Shown here: in pieces, positions 24,901 through 37,630 of the stretch | Position numbering within the stretch: the first letter of the stretch is position 1 | How the letters are laid out: every line of letters starts with the position of its first letter | From: Harriotta raleighana | Taxonomy: Eukaryota | Direction: 5' to 3' | Assembly (NCBI GenBank): GCA_050575255.1 | Contig: JBNZDD010013571.1 | Location: 184,848 to 248,847, forward strand | DNA: 64,000 bases | Made by a program: the position numbers and the translations under genes | The notes under the pieces: generated by a model | Seen by the model: only the letters and a program-made list of their open reading frames with translations | Database searches by the model: none | Told to the model about the DNA's origin: nothing

Positions 24901-26574
24901 CTCTTAACAGAGATAAGCAGTGTCCATGAATTGTAACTTGACTGCCAGTTGATGGGATACTGGCTACGTAGTCTAGTTCAGTTAATGAGCTGGTACCCTG
25001 CTCACCAGCCCTCAAAAGCTGCAAATTATGGACCCAGTTGTGGACGCAGTTTCACAGATCTAATCATGGAAAACTACAACTAGGATTCTGTCTCTGGCAT
25101 GATCAATAAGAAATGTTCATCCCAAACTCCAAACTGTGTGTATCCAATGTTGCGTTGCACATTGGTGCATCCAATAATAACCTTTGGAAGCATCATGAGC
25201 ACCACACCACAAGTGTAAGATTCTAAAACAAGTGATCAGTTACCAAGAATTCACTGAATGGGGTGAGGTAGTGGCGGAGCCTAGGCCGGCCAACCACCCA
25301 CACCAGTCCAGGCAAGTTCTTTGCCAAACTTTCAGCCACGATACCCATGGTGCAGCCATTAATGAAGACAAATTCAACAAAGAGCAAATGTATTTTGTTG
25401 GCCAACTGTTAATGATTAGCGAACACTTGCTTCGAGACAGAAGGCAGAGTCCTGTGTAGTACTGTATTATGATATGCAGAAACCCATGACTAGTACAATT
25501 GTAATGTCTTCTACGATCGATCAAATGTCTCCCAGCTGTAAGGAGTCCTGCAAAGAGTCTCCCAGTAATCTTGCCAGCAGTGAATACCTCATTTATATCG
25601 CACAGTTGGCATCGATCAAATTGATGCCGAAAGTGCAGTTATAAATGCAGTATTAGGGGCATTGATTTGATTCCAACGCTTGCTCTCAATACCACCTACA
25701 GGAGGTGGTTTAAGAATTAAATCAATGGCAATGGTTGCAGTGTACATTTATATACAGTATATATATATATCTATATGTGTGTATTTATATATTTATAAAT
25801 AATTGTATATGATTATAGTATATACACACACACCGCCTATTTTCTAATGAATTCTTAAATGGTATGAAGAAAATGTTTCAATGTTTTATTTTTTTAAAAT
25901 AGTGAATGGGATTGCTATTCCCAGTCCTAGCTGTTTAATAACATTAAAAATCTAAATCTATCAGTTACCGGTGCTCTGTAAACACCTTAACTATGTAGAA
26001 TTCTCCTCAACCACAAACCCCACCTCTCCCTTATGTACTTTCAATCTCTTCACTGATGAAAACAACCACCAATTCCCCAGCAGTATACTGCGTATACGAT
26101 TTGGCTATAATTACTGCAACAAAGATAACAAGTAGAGAAATTCTGGATTATCTCACAACACGCATTGATTGATTATTGAAAGATTAACATTTATTGACTT
26201 CCTCCCCCACCTTCCCCATAATCATTCCATTTGTGAATAACCATGACAGCAAGTTGCGAACATTTTGTTTAAAAAAATGACTGTTTGTGGGACATGATCG
26301 GGCATTTTAATTGTGCGCAATTGGCTGCCACATTTCACTTGCAAAATACAATAGTTATTTTATATTTTCAAAAAAGTCAATGACATGGTAAGGAGCTGTA
26401 TAAAATGCAAGGATTATGATTATTAATTGGGCGAGCTTTAATTGTAAGTAGAATTCTTATTACAGTACTTACTTGCTTTCAAGGTGACTATAAAATTCAA
26501 AGAACCAATATGTTTAATGTAATCTGTTTTTTTGTTCCCCCTCAATTTAACTAATGCAAATCCAATATGGTTAC

Positions 26575-26810
26575 AATTAGGAGAATTATTTTTGCACTGA
26601 GAGCTGTGGAATGCCCTGCTGGGAACATTGGCCAAGACAAGATCCATGATAGCTTGCAAGAGGGAACTGGATACAGCTAAAATGGAATAGTGTACTGGGG
26701 TATGGGGAAAAGACAGGTAAATAGGACTGAAAGGCTTTTTCGAAGAAGCAACAGAGGCCTGATGAGATGAATGACCTTCTATCTGAGCAGTAAATTCCTA
26801 TGCCTTTATG
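26575..26810 (+). mobile_element. Old CR1 3' end
   Basis: TGGAATGCCCTG...AAGAGGGAACTGGATA...GGGTATGGGGAAAA...GAATGACCTTCT...TTCCTATG. Confidence 0.75.
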
Positions 26811-27244
26811 TTTCGCTCAAACTAGAAGGCGTGAAAAGTGCTACATCAAATGCAAGGATCATTATTATTAATATCGTTATTACACTGGTGGGCTAATTTC
26901 AGATTATCAGGCATTGAAGACACTTTAAACTGGTGCAGGGGAAAGTGCTTACATATACTTACAGTTCAGATGTGCATATTGCATATTCTGATACACATCA
27001 TTTTAATTCACTATCAGCAATATGTTAAAACATCCAATTAGGTGTCAGCTGAAATTATTCAAATTTACTGTTTGAACGAGTGGGAATGAGGCACTTGGGC
27101 TGATGGAAGTGTTGTATACCCAGGTGGCAGGGCAGGTGGAACAGAGACCTCGTGCTAGACGCAGCCACTTGGTCTTACGGCAAAGAAAGGAGGCCATTCG
27201 GCCGATCGTGTCTGTACTGCTTTTCCTCCCACTCTCACCCAGTT

Positions 27245-28290
27245 ACCTGTGGGGTACCCCAAGGATCCATCCTTGGCCCCCCCATCTTCCTCAACTATAT
27301 GCTCCCTCTTGGGGATGTCATCTGAAGACATGGGGCACACGTCCACCTGTACGCAGATGACACCCAACACTATTTCTCCACCTCAGTTTGCGACCCCCCA
27401 GTCCCCTGATGTTCTGTCAGCCTGCCTGTCAGGAGCTGGATGAGCACGAACTTCCTGGAGCTGAATATTGACAAGACGGAATCCATCCTCTTTGGCTCTC
27501 GTCAACGTCTTCAATCGTACAGCTCTCACCTTCTCCACCTTCTCGACCTGCCCCTAAAACTCTCTGAACCTGTGCGCAATCTAGGTGTCAGGTTCGACCC
27601 CTCCCAACTGTCCTTCCTCCCTCACATCTGGTCTCTTACTACCACTGCTTTTTTCCACCTCCGACGGATCCCCTGTCTTCAGCAATATCTCGCCCCAAAA
27701 GCCGCTGAAACCCTGGTCCATTCCTTTGTCATCTCTTGGCTGGACAATTCCAATGGCCTCCTCGCTGGTCTCCCCTCCATCACAATCCATAAAATCCACC
27801 TCATTCAAAACCCTGCCACTCGCCATCTCACCCCACCAAATTTTGCTCCCCCATTACCCCAGTCCTTGCCAGACTTCACTGGCTTCCAGTCCTAGAGAGG
27901 ATCGATTTCAAGATCCTCACTCTTGATTTCAAATCTCTCCACTCTCTGCAACCCCCCCTACCTCTCCGACCTCCTCTCTCCTCAGACCAGCACCTGTTTC
28001 CTTCGCTCCACTGGGTCTGCCCTCCTCCTTGTCCCCGAAATCCTCCCCTCCTACATCTGCGGCCTTCAGCTACTACTCTCTGAGGCTCTGGATCTCCCTT
28101 CCTCACTCCCTTCACCTCAACCCCTCTCTTCCCAGTATCAGGTCTCAGCTAAAGATCTTTCTCTTCGACCGCGCCTTTCGTCACCGTTCTATCCCTGCCC
28201 CAGCTCGGTCTTGACATCTGTTATTGTGAAGCCCTCTGAGACCCCGTCCGGTGTGGAGGGTGCTATATAAATTGAAGCTGTTGTTGTTGT
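27245..28290 (+). mobile_element. L2 LINE, 5'-truncated, degenerate RT
   Basis: Contains GVPQGSILGP-like (GGGGTACCCCAAGGATCCATCCTTGGCCCC) and YADDTQ (TACGCAGATGACACCCAA) motifs. ORF 27440..27895 has FLELNIDKTESILFGS...AETLVHSFVISWLDNSNGLLAGLP. (TTG)n tail. Confidence 0.95.
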
Positions 28291-28699
28291 CACCTTCAAG
28301 GCCATTCACGGCCTTTCCCCCACCTATCTCTCTGTCTCTTGCTGACTTCCTATCAGCCTGCCCGCCTCTTCCGTTCAGCAGACTCAGGCCTACTCCGCGA
28401 CCCCTGCCCTAACCGCCCAACCATCGGCGGCCGGGCTTTCAGCCTCTCTGCCCCCACACTATGGAACTCCATCCCATAGCTCCTCCGCGTTGCTTCCTCC
28501 CTTTCCTCCTTCAAGGCCGGTCTCAAGACCTTCTTCTTCGATCGCGCCTTCGGAACCCCCACTAACTCTTCCCCCTCTCCTTCCCCCTACCCCGACCCCC
28601 CCTTCCCCCGCTCAGGTCCCGACCTAACTGTTCAGCGCTTTGGGACGTCCTCATGACGTGAAAGGCCCTTTATAAGTGTAATTTTGTTGTTGTTGTTGT
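28291..28699 (+). mobile_element. Second L2 3' end directly after the previous one (different tail type)
   Basis: TTCAAGGCCATTCACGGCC...CTATGGAACTCCATCCC...AGCGCTTTGGGACGTCCTC...(TTG)n. Confidence 0.9.
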
Positions 28700-29050
28700 A
28701 CTGACTCTTTGAAACAACTGCCCAACTGGCTCCACTCTTACCACAGCCCTGCATGTTGTTCTTCTCAAGTACATATCCAATTTCCTTTTGAAAGCTACTC
28801 TCGAATCTGCTTCCTTTCAGGCAGGATGCATTCCAGATCCAAACAACTCTCTGGGTGAAAAAAAAATTCTCCTTGTTGCCCCACTCTTGTTCTTTTGCCA
28901 ATTAACTTAAATCTATATCCTCTGGTTACTGACCCACCCACCAGAAGAAACAGTTTCTCCTTATTTACTCTATCAAAACATGCATCCATTAAATCTCCCC
29001 CTTAAACTTGTTTTGTTCCAAGGGGATCAATCCTAGCCTTTCTAGTCTGT
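28700..29050 (-). mobile_element. CR1 ORF2 C-terminal fragment
   Basis: FDRVNKEKLFLLVGGSVTRGYRFKLIGKR and FFTQRVVWIWNA. Confidence 0.9.
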
Positions 29051-29211
29051 CTGTGTGACTGGTTGATATATGCAGTGCTATTCTTTTCTGTTCAATGGTA
29101 GTTTTAAAAAAAATCCTAAGTACTATTTTTCTCTCAGGTAATAATACACTGAAAGAAGGACACAGGTGAAGAATGAAAATATGGTTTTAAAATATCAGGC
29201 TGGCTGAATTT

Positions 29212-29856
29212 GTAGCATCCAAGTCAGTAGGTTGTGATTTCAAGCTCACTGAGGAATTTGAATTCTAGGTTGACCTGACCTGGACTCCCCATCCCCCAAG
29301 GGATCGAATTCAAGATCCTCGTCCTCACTTGCTCTCCGACTTGCTGACTCCCTGTCAATTAGTCCACCCCCTCCGATCAGTGGGCTCCGGTCTGCTCCAT
29401 GTCTCCCGCTCGACCCACCCTATCATCGGTGGCCAGGCTTTCAACCTCTCTACCCCCACACTCTGGAACTCCATCCCACAGTGCCTTCGCCTCACTTCCT
29501 CCCTTGACTCTTCCAATCTCAACACCCTCTAGTTCGATTGTGCCTTCTGTCACCCTACCACTTCTCTCCCGCCCTCCCCCCTCCTGCGTGCTCAGTCCCC
29601 GACCCCTAACTGACTGATCAGAGCCTTGGGACATCCTCCCAACATGAAGGACTCTCTATAAATGTAATTATTTGCTTTTTTGTTGTTGTTGACACTCTAT
29701 TGTAGAACTGTTTGTGGGCCATTGCTCTGTGTAAATTGGCTGAAACATTGACCAATATAATAGTCACTGTACTTTACAATTAAATCCAGTGAAGCACTTT
29801 GAGAGTTTCTACAACATGAAAGTTGCTATCTCAAAAACAAGGATTATTATTATTAA
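29212..29856 (+). mobile_element. Old SacSINE1-like SINE (29212-29280 plus 29691-29856) interrupted by an L2 3' end (29281-29690)
   Basis: Head AGTCAGTAGGTTGTGATTTCAAGCTCACT...TCTAGGTTGAC resumes after the L2 (TTG)n tail as GACACTC...TTTGTGGGCCATTGCT...AAGGATTATTATT. Confidence 0.7.
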
Positions 29857-30563
29857 TTAACAACAACAAAATTACATTTACAGAGTGCCTTTTACATTGG
29901 GAAGACGTCCCAGGGCACTGACATTAATTAAAATATTATTAGCAAACAATATAATGATTATTAGTAAAGTGCATGGAGACAAGTTTGTGAAATTAACAGC
30001 CGTAATAGAATTGTACTTAGTTCATTACGATGAATGCTTTACGAGGAAGACAAAGAGGAGATTAGTAAACTGTAATATTGTGTGAAAATTATGCAAAACA
30101 TGTTTTGACTGTTATATAATTACCCATTATATTTCAGCTTTTTTCTTAAATATGACTATCTGAACAGCACATTGATCAGTTACAAGAAACGAATGCAGTA
30201 ACATATACACTGCTCTCTCCATCATTATGGATCAATTATCTCCATCTATAATTGCTTTAGCACACACTGGTTTAAAATCGTGATATATGGAGCAAGTCCC
30301 AAATAAACTTAACTGGATAACCAGAAGTGCAACACTTCGATCGGTGGAAATTCTACTCCAAACGCAATCTCCATTCCTAAAGGGTTTGTCAGGATGAATT
30401 CCAATTACTGCCATTAGTAGCTATTTGCGATTTAAGAGCCATTCTGAAGATTCAATTTTAAACCCCACTGTTTCAGTAACCACAAGAGTTAATGTGGCAT
30501 GGCAAACCTTCTTCTATTCATTTACAAATGAATACAATTTACATTGAAGGTAACTGTCCTAAC

Positions 30564-30775
30564 TTTACTCCACACGCCTAATAATAATCCCTCCAAAAAT
30601 ACAACAATAATAAAATTGGTCATTTCAATCCATGACTGTTTGTGGGGACGCTGCTGTGTGCTATTGGCTGCCACATTGTGCCCAGAAATATACAGTCAAT
30701 TCACTTTACAGTGTATTCTGTGAAGCGCTTTGGGACGTCGATAAGATGTGAAAAGCGCTGTATCAAATGCAAGGA
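30564..30775 (+). mobile_element. tRNA-derived SINE, 5' truncated
   Basis: TTACTCCACACGCCTAATAATAATCCC through TATCAAATGCAAGG. Confidence 0.92.
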
Positions 30776-31185
30776 AAAACAAAAAAACAAAAAAAAAAAA
30801 CTTGTCTATTGGCTTGGGTGCACTAACAAAACAAAATTCCTTTGCCTGTAATAATTTTTCTTGCTTTCTGATGTACAGAGGTTTATTTTTCTTGTGTCTT
30901 CAATGTGTCTGTTTACCCACTCCATGTCAGTTTTCCAATTCCTTTTCAAATGTAAATTTGAACCCTTTGGCATGTTGTCTTTTTATCCTCTCCAAAGTAA
31001 TAGTTATAGTTGCTGGAATATTTAATCCCTGTGATGAGGTATTATTTCCCTAAAAAAAAACGTTTGCATGTACATTTGTTCTGATTATGTGACCCAAAGA
31101 GAGTTTTCTGCACTTAAAGCTTAATACAGTTGGAGAAAATAATTTGTATCATGTGATTTGCTATACATTTCAATGTAGTGTTACC

Positions 31186-31295
31186 AACCGGCCTCTGAGT
31201 CAGGAGATTGTGGGTTCAAGTCCACTTCGACACTGTGTTCATAGTTCAGGCTGATACTCTGATAAATTGCTGGGGAGAATGCTGCATTGTTAAAT
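31186..31295 (+). mobile_element. SacSINE1/DeuSINE-like 5' head (remainder at 31618-31674 and ~32301-32382)
   Basis: GCCTCTGAGTCAGGAGATTGTGGGTTCAAGTCCACT...AGGCTGATACTC...GGGGAGAATGCTGCATTGT resembles the shark DeuSINE head as I recall it. Confidence 0.7.
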
Positions 31296-31617
31296 GAGTC
31301 CTGTGGCTCAGTGGTTAGAGCACTCACCTTACAAGCATGAGACCTGGGTTCGAATCCAGGCAGGTCAGGGTGAAACCATGGACAAGTTTCCTTATTCCAC
31401 ACACACGCCTAATAATAATCCCTCAAAAAAAAAACACAATAATAAAATTTGGCCATTTCGATCAATGAATGTTTGTGGGGACGCTGCTGTGCACAATTAG
31501 ATGCTGCGTTTTGCCGAAATTTACAGTCAATTCACTTTAAAGTATATTTTGTGAAGCACTTTGAGATGTCCAGAAGACGTGAAAAGCGCTATGTCAAATG
31601 CAAGGATTATTATTATT
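31296..31617 (+). mobile_element. tRNA-derived SINE, full length
   Basis: A box TGGCTCAGTGG, B box GGTTCGAATCC, body and (ATT)n tail. Confidence 0.95.
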
Positions 31618-31698
31618 TGTGGAACATTGCTGTGCACAAATTTGCCACATTTTCCTACAAAGTATATTACACTACATAGAATCATAGAATTTTACGAC

Positions 31699-32213
31699 AC
31701 ATTAAGGCACTGGAAAGGGTGCAGAGGAGATTCACAAGAATGATTCCAGGAATGGGGAATCTTAGCTATGAGGACAGGCTGGAGAAGTTAGGACTTTTCC
31801 CATTAGAGCAGAGAAGGTTACGCAGGGACCTGATAGAGGTCTTCAAGGTCATGAAAGGTTTCGACAGGCTGGATAGGGAAAAGCTGTTTCCGCTGGTAGG
31901 TGTGTCTGTGACCCGAGGTCACAGTCTTAAGATATCTACCAAAAGAAGCAGAGGGGAGGATAGAAGAAATGTTTTCACTCAGAGAGTTGTTCGAATTTGG
32001 AATGATCTGCCTGAAAGGGTAGTGAGGTCCGATTCGATAGCAGCTTTTAAGAGAGAACTGGATAGGTATCTGGGGAAGACGGGCTTGCAGGGTTATGGGG
32101 AGAAAGCTGGTGATTGGGGTTAATGAAAGTGACATTGCTCTGTCAGAGAGTCAGCACAGACTCGATGGGCCGAATGGCCTCCTTCTGTGCCGGAACCTTC
32201 TATGATTCTATGA
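31699..32213 (+). mobile_element. CR1 LINE 3' end with open ORF2 C-terminus, inserted into an oppositely oriented CR1 tail (31675-31701 plus 32214-32302)
   Basis: ORF 31719..32123 reads QRRFTRMIPGM...LGLFPLEQRRLRRDLIEVFK...TRGHSLK...FTQRVVRIWNDLP...GYGEKAGDWG*. The 3' UTR has GGGCCGAATGGCCTCCT and the tail TTCTATGATTCTATG. Confidence 0.95.
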
Positions 32214-33747
32214 AAAGGAGGCCATTCGGCACATCTAGTCTGTGCTGGCTCTTTGAAAAGAGCAACTCAATCCCACTGCCCAGCTTTCGCCCCATAGCCT
32301 AACAATAAATCTTTACAATAAATCCGGTGAAGTACTTTGACACGTTTCCCCAACATAAGGCACTATATCAAATGCACGAATCAAGAGGGTACATATAAAA
32401 TGTATTGTATAATATGTTAAACTATTAATGATGATATATGCAAGGATTATTATTTAATTATATCCATTTAGTCTATTAGAGCAAAACAAAAGTTTGGTGT
32501 GGATGCGATTTATTCCATTGGCCGATTACAAAACTTGATCAATCAAAATGACAAACACGGGGTCTAATTTATGAGATTTGGTAATGCCATTTCTTACATT
32601 AATTGGAGATTTGGGTTTTGTGAATTTTATAAAACATGAGGCCAACAAATCCAACACTAGTGTGGAGAAAAGACTTAATTGGGACTTTGCCCAATTTGAG
32701 TTCTGGGCTTGGAAACAGCTCTGTATTGATGGTTCAGCAAGTACTGTAATTCATTAAACTGGTCTTGTAGATTTTCTTTCCTTGTACTGTAATACCATAC
32801 AATGTACTGTATAGAAATAATTGGATAATATGTTAGATTATTCTATACCAGATTCATTTGGGACTAATATTTTATTTTGTAGTTTTTGACTACAAACTCA
32901 CAGTGACTCAATTTCACAGTAAATCCTGTACAGCACTTTGAGACATCCTTACAAAACGATAAGGCGCCATACCGAATGCAAGGCTTATTATTACATAAAG
33001 AAGTTTACATGTCAACAGGATAATTTTTCTCTGGGTTAGAGGGGCAAATCTTTCATGTGTTTGCAAGATGCAAAGCGAGAGCTCCTTTGTTTCAATTGCT
33101 ATTTGAACCACTCATGTATTCAAGTGCAATCTATAACTATTTATCTGATGCTACATTGCACTAGTATCATTCAGGTCACAATATAAATACCCTGGCACGT
33201 TTGAAGTTGGATTGGTACGAGCGCTGCAAATAACAAATCTAAAATAAAGCTCTCTAAATGTTGAAGTGCTGAAGGTTCACTCTTGAACACTTTGTCACTG
33301 TAATCAATTCTTACTTCCCTGCAATTGAAAGGACAAACGGAATCAATGGATCCATAAATGTCATTATTTTAAAACCCTGTCTTCAAAACTAAACACATTT
33401 TTCTGTGATTTCTTCCTCTACGGCTCATTATTTTTAATCAGCACCTCTGAGATAATAAAAAAATAATATTGGAAATCATGCACCTAATAATGAGAAATAT
33501 AGAAATAGGCTCTCAAAGAGCAGGTTCAAGATTTCGATCTGCTCCTGGTTAATGGAGGGACACAATGCAGCTGATTCTCTCCATGGGTTGAAACCTTCAA
33601 TCATCTGAAACAGCATCCATATATGAAGACATTGTGTAGTCTTTGGGCTGGGGCATGGCAGGGGGAGTGGAGGGGAGGGGTTGGTCAAATAGTCTTGATG
33701 TTGTGTCATCTGCATGTCAGAATGAGTGCATTGGAGTGTCATTTTAG

Positions 33748-34135
33748 ACAACAACAACAACGAAATTACACTTGTATAGTGCCTTTCACGTCAGGAGGAC
33801 GTCCCAAGGGACTGGACAGTCATTGCTTCAGACCTGAGCTGAGGAAAGGGGAGGGGGGAGTGAATGGAAGGGGAGGATTAGGAGTTACTGATGGGTCCAT
33901 TGAGGAGGAGAATCTTGAGGCCAGGGAGGGGGCGAGGTGGAGGGAATGCGGGATGGAGTTCCAGAGGTTGGGAGCAGAGTGGCAAAAGGCTTGCCCGCCG
34001 CGGGTGGGTCGGGGTTCGTGGAGCAGACCAGAGCCTGCTGAGCGGAGCGGGTGGGAAGGTTGGTAAAGTCACGGATGTAGGGTGGGGCGAAGTAGTGCAG
34101 GGCTTTAAATGCAAGGACCAGGATCTTGAATTGAA
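33748..34135 (-). mobile_element. L2 3' region
   Basis: (CAA)n tail and IQFKILVLAFKALHYFAPPYI motif in ORF 33885..34184. Confidence 0.9.
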
Positions 34136-35356
34136 TGAGTATTTCAAGCTGCACGAACGTTAAAAGAAACACAGGAATTAGCAATTGGAAACAAACGAAT
34201 ATGGTGTTCCGACTTCCCTAGGCAAAAATGGACATTAAACAAAACAATATTAGTACTGCAAGCTTGTTTTAGTTTTGCGTTTCAACTCAAAAAAGCAGGT
34301 TCACATTTCCAATGCAGTGCTGTAGCAAGTACATACTGCAGGTGTCACACATTGAATTTCAGGCTCCCAAATTAGCTTTGCTGGCTGCCTATACTAACAC
34401 ATGTCTTTCAGTGTGAACAGACTGCCTTCAATTCATCACGGGGATCCTGGCAGGAAGGCTACAATCCATATAGGGTAACATGTTGTTGGTTTGAAGTTTA
34501 TTGTCAGTGGGTGTTGTGTGTTTCTGCAATCCTGCTCGGGGGTAGAGTAACAATCGGGGAAAAGCAGCCATGGAAGGAGAGGAGGCAGAGGAGCATTTTG
34601 TTGGCTCAAACAATAGAAAGTCTGTGGGTGACTTTGATCCTATTTATTTGGCCTCAAGACTCACAGTCAAAAGTAACCGTATGGAACAACAGGCTACGGT
34701 AATAGGAAGAAATCCGGCGGTTGCAGAGATGATCTTGGTTGGGACGTAAAATCATGCCATTAACGGTGGAATATTATGAGGTGTCACAGCGGAATACATG
34801 CCTAGTGTTGTGATCGACAGTTACCATGGCAAGGCAGGTGTCTCCACACAAAGTTAACAACTGTTCTGAATATCTGAAGTGACCAGTTCAGATTTTATGA
34901 TATATACAGTCCATTCACTCTACAGGATATTCTGTGAAGCAGAATAAGATGGTTGCATCAAATGCAAGGATTCTTATTGTTTTTCTCCAATTCTGTCTGT
35001 ACCACAGTCAAAACACCACTGTCAAAATTTCCTGCACATGTAGGCCTGTGATATAAACATATCTCCAAGACTAAGACATACAGTAGTTAGTCAATATTTG
35101 CCAGGATCCCGATGGAAATTGACTGAGTATCCATACAAAATAAAAGGATTTTTTTTTAATACTTTGAATGAATGAATGAATGTAAAAAGAAACCAGCAAG
35201 CTTGGTTATGTTTCATCTTGATCAGATTGATTGAACTTCGATCCGTAGCTCCAGATTTACCAAAGGGCTCTTCAATCAGAGCTATGTGTGAGTTAACAAG
35301 AGTAAACTAGGCAGACATTCAAATGTTCGTAGAACATTTACCACTGTCAACACTAT

Positions 35357-35541
35357 TAATAATAATAATCCTTGCATTTTATATAGCGCTTTTCACGTCT
35401 TCTAGACATCTCAAAGCACTTCACAGACTGTAAAGTGAATTGACTGTATATTTGTGGGTGAAACGTGGCAGCCAATTGTCCCACCAACAGTCGTGGATTG
35501 AAATGACCAATTTATTCCAGTTTTTTTTTGAGGGATTATTA
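35357..35541 (-). mobile_element. SINE 3' half
   Basis: Reverse complement of tail and body. Confidence 0.9.
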
Positions 35542-36419
35542 ATCGGAAACTAATGTGGTTAACAGTTTCCAACAACATCAGCAAAACCAAACGTTAATCA
35601 CCCATTCGTAACATTTGGAATGAATAAAGTCCCAATCAAGCACTGAATTCTAATGTACCAAACTTCTTTACAGCCACTGTGACTTTATGGAATTTTAAGC
35701 ATTCACAAACGCTAAAATATTGAATTCATTTTTCTTAGTTTTCAAGTCCTTTGAATGCCACAAACACAATGACCTTGTGTGTCTGCATGTTACGACATCA
35801 CCAATTATGTTGGTTTGCAATCCATCCTATTTCAGAGACAAACTTTGAAACAGAAGTCAATACAGCCACATCTAAGCGACAGTCCTGTGAGTCATAGACA
35901 ACATATTTTTGGTTTCCATTGACCCTACGCTACAAAAGCCATCTAATAGCATATCCCACCCATCAACCCTGGACCACACTGTATGAACTGGAAATGTTCA
36001 GAATCAGATGACTAGCAGAGGCAGTAGTGTCTGTAATATTTCCAGTAATCCAAGGTTACCCACTGAATGATGCCGCATTGCATTTTGGCTGTGAATGGGT
36101 TCTGTGGATGCAATTCATTTTGAGATCCGTAAGTCTCACTTTCAGTTGATTTTCTACCCAGTGACTTGAAGCACAGCACGCCCGATTTTGAATTGTTTGG
36201 TCGTTGCTTAGCAAGCTGTTTATTTGCAATCAGAATTACTTTCATTGTTTGCAAATCAAATTGCCATCACTTTCTAGGAACATCTTTTAATGTATTTGCC
36301 TTTCACATTTTCCCCCACTTTGTTTTATTGTAAACTGATTTCTTTCGGGTTTTACATTTTTAATATGTCTTCAATTGATTCCTATTGCTTTGTTGAATCC
36401 TGAAAAGGCTCATCTATGT

Positions 36420-36569
36420 TGATGACTATTTGTGGGACACTGCAGTGTGCAATTGGCTGCTGCATTTCACCCACATATTTATAATTCACTTTGCAGTATA
36501 TTCTGTGAAGCGCTTTGAGACATCTAGAAGACGTGAAAAGCACGATATTAAATGAAATGATTATTATTG
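36420..36569 (+). mobile_element. SINE 3' half
   Basis: TTTGTGGGACACTGCAGTGTGCAATTGGCTGC followed by the tail. Confidence 0.9.
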
Positions 36570-36599
36570 CCTATTATTAAATTCCCTCGTTTGGACATT

Positions 36600-36975
36600 G
36601 TAGGAGATGAAGTGATTGAAGGTTTCAAACAAATGTAGGAGACTGACAAGGTACAGTATATAGGGATTCATAATTTGTGTAGACAAATCTTAAGGGACCT
36701 GATGTTAAAATAAAAACTGAGCTGGTTAACATTGCGCCCAGAAAACAAAAAGTCTTGTAAGCATGAGAGAGCGAACCGACCTGGAAACATAAATTCAAAA
36801 GCAATTGAGGTGCTTACAAGCAAGATAGAGGGATGGATATGTGCACAGTAAAAGTATTAAGCTATATGGAAAAGTCTCTTGAGACATTAAAAATATAAAG
36901 AACTGTTATGGTCTAATAAAATGATGGAACAGGCTTGATAGACTGAATGACTTACTTATGTTCCTGTTCCTATGC
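36600..36975 (+). mobile_element. Highly decayed CR1 3' region
   Basis: GGAGATGAAGTGATTGAAGGTTTCAAA (GD-IE-FK-like) and a 3' UTR-like GACTGAATGACTTACTTATGTTCC...TTCCTATG. Confidence 0.55.
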
Positions 36976-37630
36976 TGGAAATTATTGCAAATTGTCTTGT
37001 GTTCTATAAATCTACGACACAATTTACCTTGAAATTTCAATGTAGCCAAGAAAGCAATTTTGCGATTATAACCANAAAGAACTGTTATGGTCTAATAAAA
37101 TGATGGAACAGGCTTGATAGACTGAATGACTTACTTATGTTCCTATGCTGGAAATTATTGCAAATTGTCTTGTGTTCTATAAATCTACGACACAATTTAC
37201 CTTGAAATTTCAATGTAGCCAAGAAAGCAATTTTACGATTATAACCGCACGGATAAATTGAAATCTGCGAAAAAACAAAAAGTTTTAATAATTCAACCTG
37301 ATAGAGTAAAACTCTATATTATGCATATCATCTCAATAAACCTGAAAATAAATTAAATAAAATTACAACAACAAAAAATGAAACAATAAAGTACCAGAAA
37401 CTTTCAATTCACTTTGGATTGGATCAAATCACTTAGTCTCTTGGCACAAGCAAGAGAAAGCTAAAACAAACCCTCATGTCCTAAAGTCTAGCTAAATGAA
37501 TGCTTTGTAAATCATTGTTCCCTTATATTGTGAATGCATGAATTACTTGCATTGTTCTCCCAAAATGTATCTTCCAATTGTGCTTGAATATCGAGCAATT
37601 AAATCCATCAATTCTAAATGGAAGTGAATG

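Noticed and set aside
24059-25024. Longest ORF (321 aa) as a host gene
   Set aside because: The middle matches L2 ORF2, then shifts out of the L2 frame; the N-terminus is flanking DNA.
31296-31370. tRNA-Val(TAC)/Ala-like genes (also at 4634, 7500, 21231, 37631, 46200)
   Set aside because: Each is the head of a SINE and continues into the SINE body and tail; the acceptor stems are degenerate.
32214-32302. Two minus CR1 tails (here and 48115-48240) seeming to end at the same point, suggesting a CR1-tailed short element
   Set aside because: The 48 kb copy continues in frame as CR1 ORF2 to ~48277, so the truncation points differ.
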